Below, piece by piece: positions 1 to 8,217 of a stretch of DNA of 64,000 bases (the stretch's first letter is position 1; every line of letters starts with the position of its first letter). The notes beneath the pieces are model-generated. The model worked only from the letters and a program-made list of their open reading frames with translations, was not told the DNA's origin and did no database searches. The DNA is from an uncultured Micavibrio sp. (lineage in GTDB: Bacteria > Pseudomonadota > Alphaproteobacteria > Micavibrionales > Micavibrionaceae), in contig OZ246000.1 of NCBI GenBank assembly GCA_965230245.1, positions 1,085,054 to 1,149,053 of the forward strand, given 5' to 3'. Position numbers and translations under genes: made by a program.

Positions 1-62
1 TCACAATAAATTGAATTTAAACCTGCCAGATTTCTGGTACGGTCTTTTCCAAACAACCCTCA

Positions 63-851
63 ATGACTGATGGCAACGAAGAAAAAGAAATCCCCGAAAA
101 CCATTATAGGACGCTCAGAATGGTGCGCGTTTCCGGAACTCAGCCTGCCGGCTGTTCGGTCCTGCGACAGTTCGAAATGCAGGGCTCATACTGCCTGAAC
201 GGCCCCATCACGATCGGCCGCGCACAGGATAAACTCCGTACCCTGCAAATGCTCTGCAGCAACCCGGACGTAAACATCCCGAAAACGGGTTTTGCGAATT
301 CTCCCCTTGATACGAAAGACCTCATTAAACTGGTTGGCGGTGCACCGCTGGTCATTAAGCTCCTCGAAGGCACTCAAGGCAAAGGCGTCGTACTCGCTGA
401 AACCGAAAAAGCCGCGGAAAGTGTGATCAACGCCTTCAAAAGTCTGAAAGCAAACATTCTGGTTCAGGAATTCGTCAAAGAATCCAAAGGCGTAGACCTG
501 AGATGCTTCGTAGTCGGTGACAAAGTCGTCGCATCTATGGAACGCCGCGCAGCCAAGGGCGAATTCCGCGCGAACATCCACCTCGGAGGCACAGGCCATA
601 AGGTCAAGATCACCCCGCAAGAGCGGAAAATGGCCGTCGCAGCTGCAAAAATTCTGGGGCTAAAGGTCTGCGGTGTCGATATGATCCGCTCTCATGAAGG
701 ACCGAAAGTGCTGGAGGTCAATGCATCTCCCGGCCTGGAAGGTGTCGAAAAGGCAACGGAAAAAGACATCGCGGGAATGATGATCGATCACATCGAAAAA
801 CACCTCGCCGAAAAACGCGCAAAGAAGAAATCCACAAAAAAGAAAACCTGA
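63..851 (+). CDS. rimK: RimK-family ATP-grasp ligase (ribosomal protein S6 glutamate ligase-like); N-terminal domain apparently missing
   Basis: The 262-aa ORF is collinear with E. coli RimK from about residue 75 onward ([53 protein letters not shown]). In-frame stops at 12-14 and 18-20 leave no room for the first ~50 aa of the pre-ATP-grasp domain. Confidence 0.7.
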   Translation: MTDGNEEKEIPENHYRTLRMVRVSGTQPAGCSVLRQFEMQGSYCLNGPITIGRAQDKLRTLQMLCSNPDVNIPKTGFANSPLDTKDLIKLVGGAPLVIKLLEGTQGKGVVLAETEKAAESVINAFKSLKANILVQEFVKESKGVDLRCFVVGDKVVASMERRAAKGEFRANIHLGGTGHKVKITPQERKMAVAAAKILGLKVCGVDMIRSHEGPKVLEVNASPGLEGVEKATEKDIAGMMIDHIEKHLAEKRAKKKSTKKKT

Positions 852-2117
852 TCAGAGTTTTGTGCCACCGGAAAGACCTAGATCGGCAGAGACGACAGGC
901 GCACCGGAGGGATCAGGCTGCACCTCTGGGATGAGATCGGTATTTTGCAACCTCTCCATCATTCTGGCCGCCACATCCTCGGCAACAACCTTCGCCGTAC
1001 TTTCGATATACTGCGCGGCATAATCATCGTATTGATTAGGATTAGAGTGATAGAACAGCTTATTCATCGTATGAAGCGCCGTATGCTCGGCCAACGGACT
1101 GTTCGCATCCATACGCCCGCCCAATAATTGATCCGCATGAATATGATCAACCGTATGCTGCAACTCCTCGACAACTGTCTCCAGAAACCTCTGCTGCTCT
1201 TGCGCATCCGTCTCGCTCAGCTCCGGAATCCTGTCCATCAGATCATAAGCGGGGTTATACCGCACGATGATGGTTTCATCATTTTCAACCCCCGGATAAT
1301 GGCTCGCCAGAAACGCGCGCTGGCGGTCATCTTCAAAATCATGACGCGAACGATAAACAATATTCATATCCTCACCGTTTAGCGTTTCCAAACCGTAAAC
1401 ACTTGCAACCGTATTGGTAATCGCATCCGCCAGATGCTCACGAACGTGAAACTGCTCCTGTAGCTCTGCGGCCGTACCGATATTCTGCGGACTTTTAATT
1501 CGTGCAAGATCAGCCATAACTTCGGGATTGGTCGACAACGCGTCAATAATACGGCTCCGCTGCCCCGCCTCAAACTCTGTATAATCCTGATTATCCGCCG
1601 CCGCATAATGAAGATAGGATCCTGCCATTTCCGCGAAATTCTGCCCTTGCAGTGCCGGATCGGTAATGTCATCAGCATGAACATGCAGCGTCGTGTAAGC
1701 CGCTGCGCGCAGGAGGTTGGGATCAACAGCTCCGAATTTTTCGGGTACTGCAGCTTCCCCCGCCAAATCCGCCGAAACAATCGCCATGGCATCATTCAAT
1801 GTCATTCCCTGCAAACTGGGCACATTCTCAACCAGAGCGGCCAGAGCCGCAGCTTTTTGATCAACACCTTCGGGTATGTCATGCTTTTCGACGGTACGCC
1901 GTAAAAGTTCGTCTTCAATATCCAAAAACTTTACACCGCTCCAGCCGCGCTGGATTCGGTCCATCGGAATACCGGAATCTTCGTCAAAATGTTCACGTAA
2001 AAACTGGGAGATAATGTTATCGGCCTGAGCACGACCCGACTCGGTCAAACGCATACCCGATGAGGAAATCGACTTTATCCGCGCATATTGCGCCTCGAAT
2101 TGATCATTTTCTGCCAT
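852..2117 (-). CDS. Hypothetical acidic protein (~421 aa), no recognisable domain
   Basis: Long uninterrupted ORF. The track start at 2129 is a TTG, and the first ATG (MAENDQ...) is at 2117. No signal peptide or TM segment is seen. The protein is rich in D/E. Confidence 0.5.
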   Translation of the reverse strand: MAENDQFEAQYARIKSISSSGMRLTESGRAQADNIISQFLREHFDEDSGIPMDRIQRGWSGVKFLDIEDELLRRTVEKHDIPEGVDQKAAALAALVENVPSLQGMTLNDAMAIVSADLAGEAAVPEKFGAVDPNLLRAAAYTTLHVHADDITDPALQGQNFAEMAGSYLHYAAADNQDYTEFEAGQRSRIIDALSTNPEVMADLARIKSPQNIGTAAELQEQFHVREHLADAITNTVASVYGLETLNGEDMNIVYRSRHDFEDDRQRAFLASHYPGVENDETIIVRYNPAYDLMDRIPELSETDAQEQQRFLETVVEELQHTVDHIHADQLLGGRMDANSPLAEHTALHTMNKLFYHSNPNQYDDYAAQYIESTAKVVAEDVAARMMERLQNTDLIPEVQPDPSGAPVVSADLGLSGGTKL

Positions 2118-2203
2118 GGGATCACCCAAAACCCGATTTTTTTAATTTCTTATGTCAATAATAGCGCAGTTTAAACCACGATGCGAAAACTTTTTTCTGC
2201 AGC

Positions 2204-2716
2204 CTAACTATTTGCGCTGATGACGATAAACAGGATCAACAACAGGGTAAACGAAATAAAAGTACCGATCTTGCCCGGCTTCGTCTTGAATTTAATCAAA
2301 CCCGTAATGAGAGCCAAAACCTCACATACAACAAAAAACGACCCGCCCATATGCTCGCCGTCACCGCCCGAAGCACTTGCAATAAGTCCGACAAACGCGG
2401 CAATAAAAACACCGGCAACACTCATGATCGCACTGAATTGCCCCACCCAATGCGTTGAATCCTTCATCGGAACCCCGATAATTTCGACCTGCTCGCCAAA
2501 GGCCTCGGGGGCATCGAAATTACTGAGAATTTCCTCTATTGTCCCTTTATCAGCCTTGCCTTCAGGCTGCCCGACAAGCTCTACAACCTGCTCTTTCAGA
2601 CTCTCAATCACAGCTTCGACCTCGTCCTTGCCCGCGCCTTTTTTCTTCATGGCACGTTCAACCTTCTTGAGGTACTTTCTAAGCCTCTTTTTGCCTGCGC
2701 GGGATATATCTTCCAT
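2204..2716 (-). CDS. DUF1700/HAAS-like membrane protein, partner of PadR
   Basis: 170 aa with a charged helical N-terminal half and a hydrophobic C-terminal half (about 3 TM). It lies 2 nt downstream of a PadR gene on the same strand, which is the usual PadR plus DUF1700 pairing. Confidence 0.55.
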   Translation of the reverse strand: MEDISRAGKKRLRKYLKKVERAMKKKGAGKDEVEAVIESLKEQVVELVGQPEGKADKGTIEEILSNFDAPEAFGEQVEIIGVPMKDSTHWVGQFSAIMSVAGVFIAAFVGLIASASGGDGEHMGGSFFVVCEVLALITGLIKFKTKPGKIGTFISFTLLLILFIVISANS

Positions 2717-2718
2717 CT

Positions 2719-3066
2719 CTATTCCTTCTCGCTCGCCAGCAACGTATTAATCGCCTTATTGGTATCATTCCAGTAATGCTCCATGTCTTGCAAACGCCTT
2801 TTCCCTGATGCCGTCATTTTAAAGTAACGCCGCGGCGGACCGGATTCGGACGGCCCTGTGCGCACGCTCACATAACCCTCTTTCTTCAAACGCCCCAAAA
2901 CCAGATAAAGCGTACTCTCCTTAAAAGCCAATCCGGGATATTCTTCAAGCTGTTTCAGGATTGAATACCCGTAAGCTTCCCCTCTGGAAAGAATAGCCAG
3001 AACACAAAATTCGACCAGTCCTTTCCTGATTTGAGAAATCCAACTATCTACGGATGATTCGCCCAA
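2719..3066 (-). CDS. PadR-family transcriptional regulator
   Basis: 115 aa with a winged-helix signature: LVEFCVLAILSRGEAYGYSILKQLEE...STLYLVLGRLKKEGYV...RRYFKMTASGKRRL. Confidence 0.85.
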   Translation of the reverse strand: MGESSVDSWISQIRKGLVEFCVLAILSRGEAYGYSILKQLEEYPGLAFKESTLYLVLGRLKKEGYVSVRTGPSESGPPRRYFKMTASGKRRLQDMEHYWNDTNKAINTLLASEKE

Positions 3067-3133
3067 GTCCTTCTCCCGATAAGGAAATTTTTATTTTCCG
3101 AAGGGTTTTTCTGCACCCTACGTAATCATAATT

Positions 3134-3193
3134 ATACTCTGTAAAGCAATACTCTGCAACGCATTACTCTGCATTACACTACTTTGTGTTGAC
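3134..3193. repeat. 15-bp tandem direct repeat array (3 good copies plus 1 degenerate) in the PadR / RTX divergent promoter region
   Basis: ATACTCTGTAAAGCA (3134-3148), ATACTCTGCAACGCA (3149-3163), TTACTCTGCATTACA (3164-3178), CTACTTTGTGTTGAC (3179-3193). The last unit contains a TTGACA -35-like hexamer. Confidence 0.7.
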
Positions 3194-3261
3194 AAGTACC
3201 GCATTACTGAGTAGCCTGAGATTTAGTATTAGATTTATTTATGACAAATAGGAGTAAAAAC

Positions 3262-4473
3262 ATGACAACCAACCCTCAAACACTTCTGGTAGGCAGCTTG
3301 CAAGACGATCTGCTGCTGGGAACAGCAGGCGCTGACCTGATCGCAGGCCGCCTCGGAAACGACATCATCATCTCCGGCGCTGGAAATGACGCCCTCTTCG
3401 GAGGAGCGGGCGGCGACCTCTTGATCAGCAATGAAGGAGAAGACTTTCTGGCAGGGCGCATCGGACACGACGCTCTGTTCGGCGGCGCTGGAAATGACAT
3501 TTTGAGCGGCGGCCCGGGCCATGACGCGCTATTTGGCGGCAAGGGCAATGACCTCATCAGCGGCGGACTTGGAAAAGACTTGCTCGCAGGTGAGGAAGGA
3601 GACGATGCGCTCTTTGGTGGTGCGAATGATGATCTCCTCGCTGGCGGCGATGGCAACGACTTTCTGGCGGGCGAAACCGGCGACGACGCACTTTTCGGTG
3701 GAACGGGCAATGATGTGTTATCCGGTGGATTGGGCAATGACTTTCTGGCCGGCGAAGAAGGAAACGATTTGCTTGACGGCGGGGTCGGACATGATGTCCT
3801 GATTGGCGGTGACGGCGAAGACTTGCTGCTGGGCGGCCTCGGAAACGACGCGCTCTTCGGCGGCAATGATAACGATGTGCTGAACGGTCAGGCGGGAGAC
3901 GATGCACTCTTTGGTGAAGATGGAAATGATCTTCTTGCAGGCGAATTAGGCAACGACCTTCTTGCAGGTGGAAACGGCGATGACGCGCTGTTCGGCGGTG
4001 CACATAACGACGTTCTCTTAGGGGAAAACGGAAACGACGTTCTCGCCGGCGAGACAGGCGACGATGCCCTGTTTGGCGGATCCGGAACCGACCTGCTTTC
4101 AGGAGGGTTAGGCGATGACCTGCTCTACGGTGGCGCCGACTCTGATGTTCTGATCGGCGGATTGGGCAATGATGCTTTTGTCTTTGATGCACAAAGTATT
4201 GAAAGCGACCCTGATATTATCGCTGACTTTACTGCCGGAGAAGACATTATCATTCTAGCGGAAATCCTTAACCTCGAAGGCTTTGACCCCGTTCAGGAGT
4301 CCATCAACGACTATATCCAGACAGCCGAAGTTGATGGCAGCACGGTTGTGGCTGTTGATGCTGACGGCGCGGCAGGCGCGGGCGAATCCCAGATTGTAGC
4401 AATTCTGGCCGACACCACCGGATTGGGCAGCGGTGAAGATATGATCACTAACGGCAATATCGCCTTCTGCTAA
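3262..4473 (+). CDS. RTX (hemolysin-type calcium-binding repeat) protein with a type I secretion C-terminal target-like domain
   Basis: About 30 consecutive GGxGxDxL/F nonapeptide repeats. The C-terminus (IIADFTAGEDIIIL...VDGSTVVAVDADG...QIVAILAD...) resembles the T1SS C-terminal target domain. AGGAG lies 7 nt upstream of the ATG at 3262; the track start at 3241 is in frame and less likely. Confidence 0.85.
   Translation: MTTNPQTLLVGSLQDDLLLGTAGADLIAGRLGNDIIISGAGNDALFGGAGGDLLISNEGEDFLAGRIGHDALFGGAGNDILSGGPGHDALFGGKGNDLISGGLGKDLLAGEEGDDALFGGANDDLLAGGDGNDFLAGETGDDALFGGTGNDVLSGGLGNDFLAGEEGNDLLDGGVGHDVLIGGDGEDLLLGGLGNDALFGGNDNDVLNGQAGDDALFGEDGNDLLAGELGNDLLAGGNGDDALFGGAHNDVLLGENGNDVLAGETGDDALFGGSGTDLLSGGLGDDLLYGGADSDVLIGGLGNDAFVFDAQSIESDPDIIADFTAGEDIIILAEILNLEGFDPVQESINDYIQTAEVDGSTVVAVDADGAAGAGESQIVAILADTTGLGSGEDMITNGNIAFC
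3319..4185 (+). repeat. Intragenic tandem 27-nt-periodic repeats encoding RTX nonapeptides
   Basis: Repeated ggcggc/ggcaatgac/gacgcgctgttcggcgg-type units run throughout. They generate several long spurious ORFs in the other frames. Confidence 0.8.
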
Positions 4474-4502
4474 AAATCCGAACGTTTAGACAGATACAAA
4501 AA

Positions 4503-4526
4503 GGGCGCAATGATGCGCCCTTTTTT
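4503..4526. terminator. Bidirectional intrinsic terminator between convergent genes
   Basis: GGGCGCA-ATGA-TGCGCCC hairpin followed by TTTTTT and preceded by an A-tract. It sits between the RTX gene (+) and the beta-barrel gene (-). Confidence 0.7.
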
Positions 4527-4547
4527 AAACTCAACAATCACGCAAGA

Positions 4548-5309
4548 TTAAAATTTCAGCTCAAGAATATACTTGATCGCTCCGTCATCTGCGCCACTGC
4601 TGATCCCCTGATAGTAGCCGATCTTGTATTCCAGCTCGACCGAATCCGACAGATGCGTCTCCGACCCGATGATCGGACCGATATAATGCCCCTGATTGCT
4701 GTAACCGCTCTGCTCGTTCAGCTTTCCGATATCACCGTAATATTCCAGCCCGACGCTGATACCGTTAACATCACGATACGCCCCAAGCTCAAACTGTAAA
4801 TCCACGCCGCTCTCGCTATCCGACCCGACCTCATGAGCGAATTCGATATTTGATCGGATTTTATAGGCATCAACGATTTTCTGCAGAAGGAACTGCAACT
4901 CGACTTCATCCGCATCGCCGCTGGTCGAATACGCATAACCCGCCTTCACCGCCGTATCGATAAACAGCTCGCCCGGCTCCGCCAGCTCATAGCGACCGAA
5001 CAAAACAACCTTGTCAAAATCTGTATCCTCGCCGTTTTCCTTTTTGATCTCCGCCTCGGCCTCGATCTGGAACTGCTCGGTCACCCCGTAATAAACTTCA
5101 AACTCGTTCTCGAATTCGTAATCGTCATCATCGTAATCAAACGCGTAAATCCCGATAGACTCAAGCTTCGTCTGCCCCTTCTTGACATGCGGCCCCTGAA
5201 TGTAACCGACACCGGCGGATGCGGGCAAAGCCGTAACCACTGCCCCGATAAGAATGGACGAACACAACCCTGCTTTCAGAAGCGCCCGACGTGAAAAAAT
5301 ACTCTGCAT
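4548..5309 (-). CDS. Putative outer-membrane beta-barrel protein
   Basis: 253 aa with an N-terminal signal-like segment (SRRALLKAGLCSSILIGAVVTALPASA), alternating amphipathic strands, and a C-terminal ...YILELKF ending in Phe as in OMP beta-signals. Confidence 0.5.
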   Translation of the reverse strand: MQSIFSRRALLKAGLCSSILIGAVVTALPASAGVGYIQGPHVKKGQTKLESIGIYAFDYDDDDYEFENEFEVYYGVTEQFQIEAEAEIKKENGEDTDFDKVVLFGRYELAEPGELFIDTAVKAGYAYSTSGDADEVELQFLLQKIVDAYKIRSNIEFAHEVGSDSESGVDLQFELGAYRDVNGISVGLEYYGDIGKLNEQSGYSNQGHYIGPIIGSETHLSDSVELEYKIGYYQGISSGADDGAIKYILELKF

Positions 5310-5385
5310 AATTCCCTCGTTAATTAAGAATGGTTATCATTAGCAATAAGCTTCTTAAGCACTCTAAAACGTCAAGTCAATGCCA

Positions 5386-5424
5386 AAAACGAAAACGGCC
5401 CCTTTTTTTTAAAGGAGGCCGTTT
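5386..5424 (-). terminator. Putative intrinsic terminator downstream of ppa
   Basis: AAACGGCC (5393-5400) pairs with GGCCGTTT (5417-5424). On the minus strand the stem is followed by a TTTCGTTTTT tract. Confidence 0.5.
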
Positions 5425-5445
5425 CGAACAGATTACTTCTGACAA

Positions 5446-6003
5446 TTAAGCCGCTTTGGCTTTCGCACGGTCGATAGCATCTTCGATCATTTTTGCGGCT
5501 TCATTGGCATCGCCCCAGCCTTCGACCTTGACCCATTTACCAGCTTCAAGATCTTTATAGTGCTCGAAAAAATGTTTGATCTGTTGCTGAAGGATATCGG
5601 GAAGATCGGAATAATCTTTCACCTTGTCAAAAAACGGATGGACCTTGGATACAGGAACGGCAACAACCTTTTCGTCTTCGCCTTTTTCATCCTTCATCTT
5701 CAAAACGCCGACGGGACGCACACGCACAACGCTACCTGCCATAAACGGAACATCACTGGCAACCAAAACATCAATCGGATCACCGTCATCGGAAAGTGTG
5801 TGCGGCACAAAGCCATAGCTACAAGGATAACGCATCGGGGTATGGATCACGCGATCCACGAACAACGCGCCTGAATCCTTATCCATTTCGTATTTTACAG
5901 GAGAGCCCCCGGCAGGAACCTCAACAATCACATTCACGTCCCAAGGCGCATCCTCGCCCATAGAGATATTTTCAATATTCATAAGATCAAAAACTCCGCT
6001 CAT
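5446..6003 (-). CDS. ppa: Inorganic pyrophosphatase
   Basis: Family I PPase motifs: [38 protein letters not shown]. The start is uncertain: the ATG at 5982 (MNIENI...) fits E. coli Ppa length best. Confidence 0.9.
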   Translation of the reverse strand: MSGVFDLMNIENISMGEDAPWDVNVIVEVPAGGSPVKYEMDKDSGALFVDRVIHTPMRYPCSYGFVPHTLSDDGDPIDVLVASDVPFMAGSVVRVRPVGVLKMKDEKGEDEKVVAVPVSKVHPFFDKVKDYSDLPDILQQQIKHFFEHYKDLEAGKWVKVEGWGDANEAAKMIEDAIDRAKAKAA

Positions 6004-6077
6004 CAATTATGTTCAATGCAAAAGTACTACTGCATCAGGCGCGGGCAATCAAACAGAAATATACAATTGAAAAAGCT

Positions 6078-6800
6078 TCAGGACTTGCCAAGCGAGAAAA
6101 AAATGCTTGTTCCCACAGAAGGTTCGGATTGAATCAGAATTTCACCCTTATGCCAGTGCACAATCTTTTGCGCCAGCGTAAGTCCCGCACCGATACCCGA
6201 ATACTTATCAGGCTCCAGACGCTTAAAAAGACGGAAAACGGACGTACTATATTTATCACTTATGCCAATTCCGTTATCCTTAAGTTCAAACAGCCACACA
6301 TCACCCTGCTCCACGGCACAAATTGACACACGCCGTTTTACCTCATCGGATTTATGAAATTTTAGCGCGTTATCAAGAAGATGAGTGAACAGAACTTTCA
6401 CCTGTCTTCCGTCCACATTAAGGAATGGCAAATTTGAAACATTCAGATCAACATCATACTTTTCGAAACTCTGCTTCATATCTGAAACTACATCCTGAAC
6501 CAGCCTGTTCATATCAGTTTTCTCTTTCGGTCGCGCTTGCGTGTTAAGACGGGAAAAAACAAGCAGGGCTTCCTGCATATCATCGAGCTTGGATAAAGAC
6601 TGTTCCAGAAAACGGACATATTCCTGCTCTTCTTCTGTCAAATTATCTTGTTGGCAACCGATGAGAAGACGCGTGAACTCGCGCACATGACGCAGCGGCG
6701 CATTTAAATCATGGGAAACAATATAGGCAAACTCCTCATACTCTTTCGCAACACTTTCTAGCGTATCCTGATGACTATCTTGCCTGATAAACGGTGCCAT
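6078..6800 (-). CDS. Histidine kinase without a sensor domain (HisKA + HATPase_c only)
   Basis: 240 aa. The H-box FAYIVSHDLNAPLRHV begins about 20 aa from the N-terminus. N/G boxes: LLDNALKF, DNGIGI, GIGAGLTLAQKIV. Confidence 0.85.
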   Translation of the reverse strand: MAPFIRQDSHQDTLESVAKEYEEFAYIVSHDLNAPLRHVREFTRLLIGCQQDNLTEEEQEYVRFLEQSLSKLDDMQEALLVFSRLNTQARPKEKTDMNRLVQDVVSDMKQSFEKYDVDLNVSNLPFLNVDGRQVKVLFTHLLDNALKFHKSDEVKRRVSICAVEQGDVWLFELKDNGIGISDKYSTSVFRLFKRLEPDKYSGIGAGLTLAQKIVHWHKGEILIQSEPSVGTSIFFSLGKS

Positions 6801-6812
6801 AATTCCTCTAAA

Positions 6813-7250
6813 TTATTCTGGCGGTAAAGTGACAATATTAAACCAAAAATTTTCGATCGTGCCGACGATACCAACCATATTTTCAAAACTGACCGGTTTG
6901 ATGATGTAACTGTTGGCATGAAGATCATAGGAAGACAAAATATCCTTTTCGGCACCGGAACTCGTAAGAATAATGACCGGAATCCGTTGCAAATCCTCAT
7001 CAGACTTAAGCTCCGCCAAAACCTGCCGTCCATCCTTCTTCGGTAAATTGATATCCAGCAAAATCAGGTCGGGACGATAACCATACCCTGCTGCTTTCCG
7101 TTCGCGCAACATTTCCAACGCGACTTCACCATCTGGTGCAACTTTGAGATTATTTTTAAGCTTGGCCTTATCGAATGCCTTCCTTGTGAGAAAAACATCT
7201 CCCTCATTATCTTCGATAAGAAGAATATCAATCGGCTTCAATGTATCCAT
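6813..7250 (-). CDS. Single-domain response regulator (receiver only)
   Basis: ILLIEDNEGD...LILLDINLPKKDG...ILTSS...IIKP; 145 aa with no output domain. Confidence 0.85.
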   Translation of the reverse strand: MDTLKPIDILLIEDNEGDVFLTRKAFDKAKLKNNLKVAPDGEVALEMLRERKAAGYGYRPDLILLDINLPKKDGRQVLAELKSDEDLQRIPVIILTSSGAEKDILSSYDLHANSYIIKPVSFENMVGIVGTIENFWFNIVTLPPE

Positions 7251-7314
7251 AAAATTATTCCCCCTACACTAAGACTATAAAAATTTGATATACCATTGAA
7301 GTGAAATGGAAAAA

Positions 7315-7713
7315 TCAAACATTTTGTTTCAGAATATTTTTGAAATCGGGATGATTAAGCTGAGACTTGAGAACAACATTATTCGCCCCCATTTTCAAAG
7401 ATTCATCAACCGTCACCGTCGTTCCCATACCGGTGACAACAACAATCGGCATAGATTTATTGAAACGTCTGATTTCCTGAACGGTGGAAGGACCGAAACC
7501 ATCGGGCAAATTAAGATCAAGTAAAACCAGATCAAAGTTTTTTTCCCGATATTTCTGATAAGCTTCATGCAGAGACTTCACAGCGATAATGTCACAATCA
7601 CTCCAAAAGTTGTGAATCGCCTTTTTCAGCAGATACATATCCGCGTCTTCGTCTTCTACTAACAAAATAACTTTACGGTTAGAACAATCTGACAAATCGA
7701 ACTCTTCAGCCAT
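7315..7713 (-). CDS. Single-domain response regulator (receiver only)
   Basis: ILLVEDEDAD...LVLLDLNLPDGFG...VVVTGMG; 132 aa. Confidence 0.8.
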   Translation of the reverse strand: MAEEFDLSDCSNRKVILLVEDEDADMYLLKKAIHNFWSDCDIIAVKSLHEAYQKYREKNFDLVLLDLNLPDGFGPSTVQEIRRFNKSMPIVVVTGMGTTVTVDESLKMGANNVVLKSQLNHPDFKNILKQNV

Positions 7714-7816
7714 CGCAATCCTATAAGAAAACTAAAAATAAATGTATTAAAAATTATACAACTATGACGATAGCATTTGTTCGTTATCAAAAACATAATA
7801 AAAAGAGAAAAAATTG

Positions 7817-7891
7817 TGGTGCCGTTGAGAGGATTTGAACCTCCGACCCACGCATTACGAATGCGTTGCTCTACCCCTGAGCTACAACGGC
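7817..7891 (-). tRNA. tRNA-Thr (anticodon CGU), CCA encoded
   Basis: The reverse complement folds as a cloverleaf: GCCGTTG-TA-GCTC..GAGC-A-ACGCA-TTCGTAA-TGCGT-GGGTC-GGAGG-TTCAAAT-CCTCT-CAACGGC-A-CCA. The anticodon loop is TTCGTAA. Confidence 0.9.
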
Positions 7892-7977
7892 ACAAAGAAG
7901 TGCATCATTTAATCAGAATAACCAAAACCTTCAACGAAAACTTGCAAATGTGAAAACCTTCGGTTATACCACCAATC

Positions 7978-8068
7978 GGAAGGTTGCCGGGCGATTGCTC
8001 GCTCGTACCCAGGTCAGGTCCGAAAGGAAGCAGCCAACGTCGAGTTTTTCGGGTCGAGTCAACCTTCC
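7978..8068 (+). ncRNA. ffs: Small bacterial SRP RNA (4.5S RNA)
   Basis: Contains the conserved domain IV core CCAGGUCAGGUCC-GAAA-GGAAGCAGCC (E. coli: GGUCAGGUCCGGAAGGAAGCAGCC). The terminal arms GGAAGGUUG and CAACCUUCC pair. It sits upstream of dnaX, as in many bacteria. Confidence 0.8.
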
Positions 8069-8217
8069 ACCTTCCCCCTTCATTATAAATACCTGTGCAC
8101 GTTACTTTCTGCCGCAGCGCAGCAATTCCTTGCATTAAACATAAAAATATTAGATCATGACCGTGGTTTAGAAAAACGCCCGTCTCGGGGCACACGGAAA
8201 AATGGTTAGATCTTACA

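Noticed and set aside
3276-4192. Long alternative-frame ORFs inside the RTX gene (3276-3866 minus, 3557-4192 minus, 3521-3802 plus)
   Set aside because: They are by-products of the GC-rich 27-nt-periodic repeats. Their translations are low-complexity P/S/R-rich strings with no start context, whereas the plus-frame product has textbook RTX repeats.
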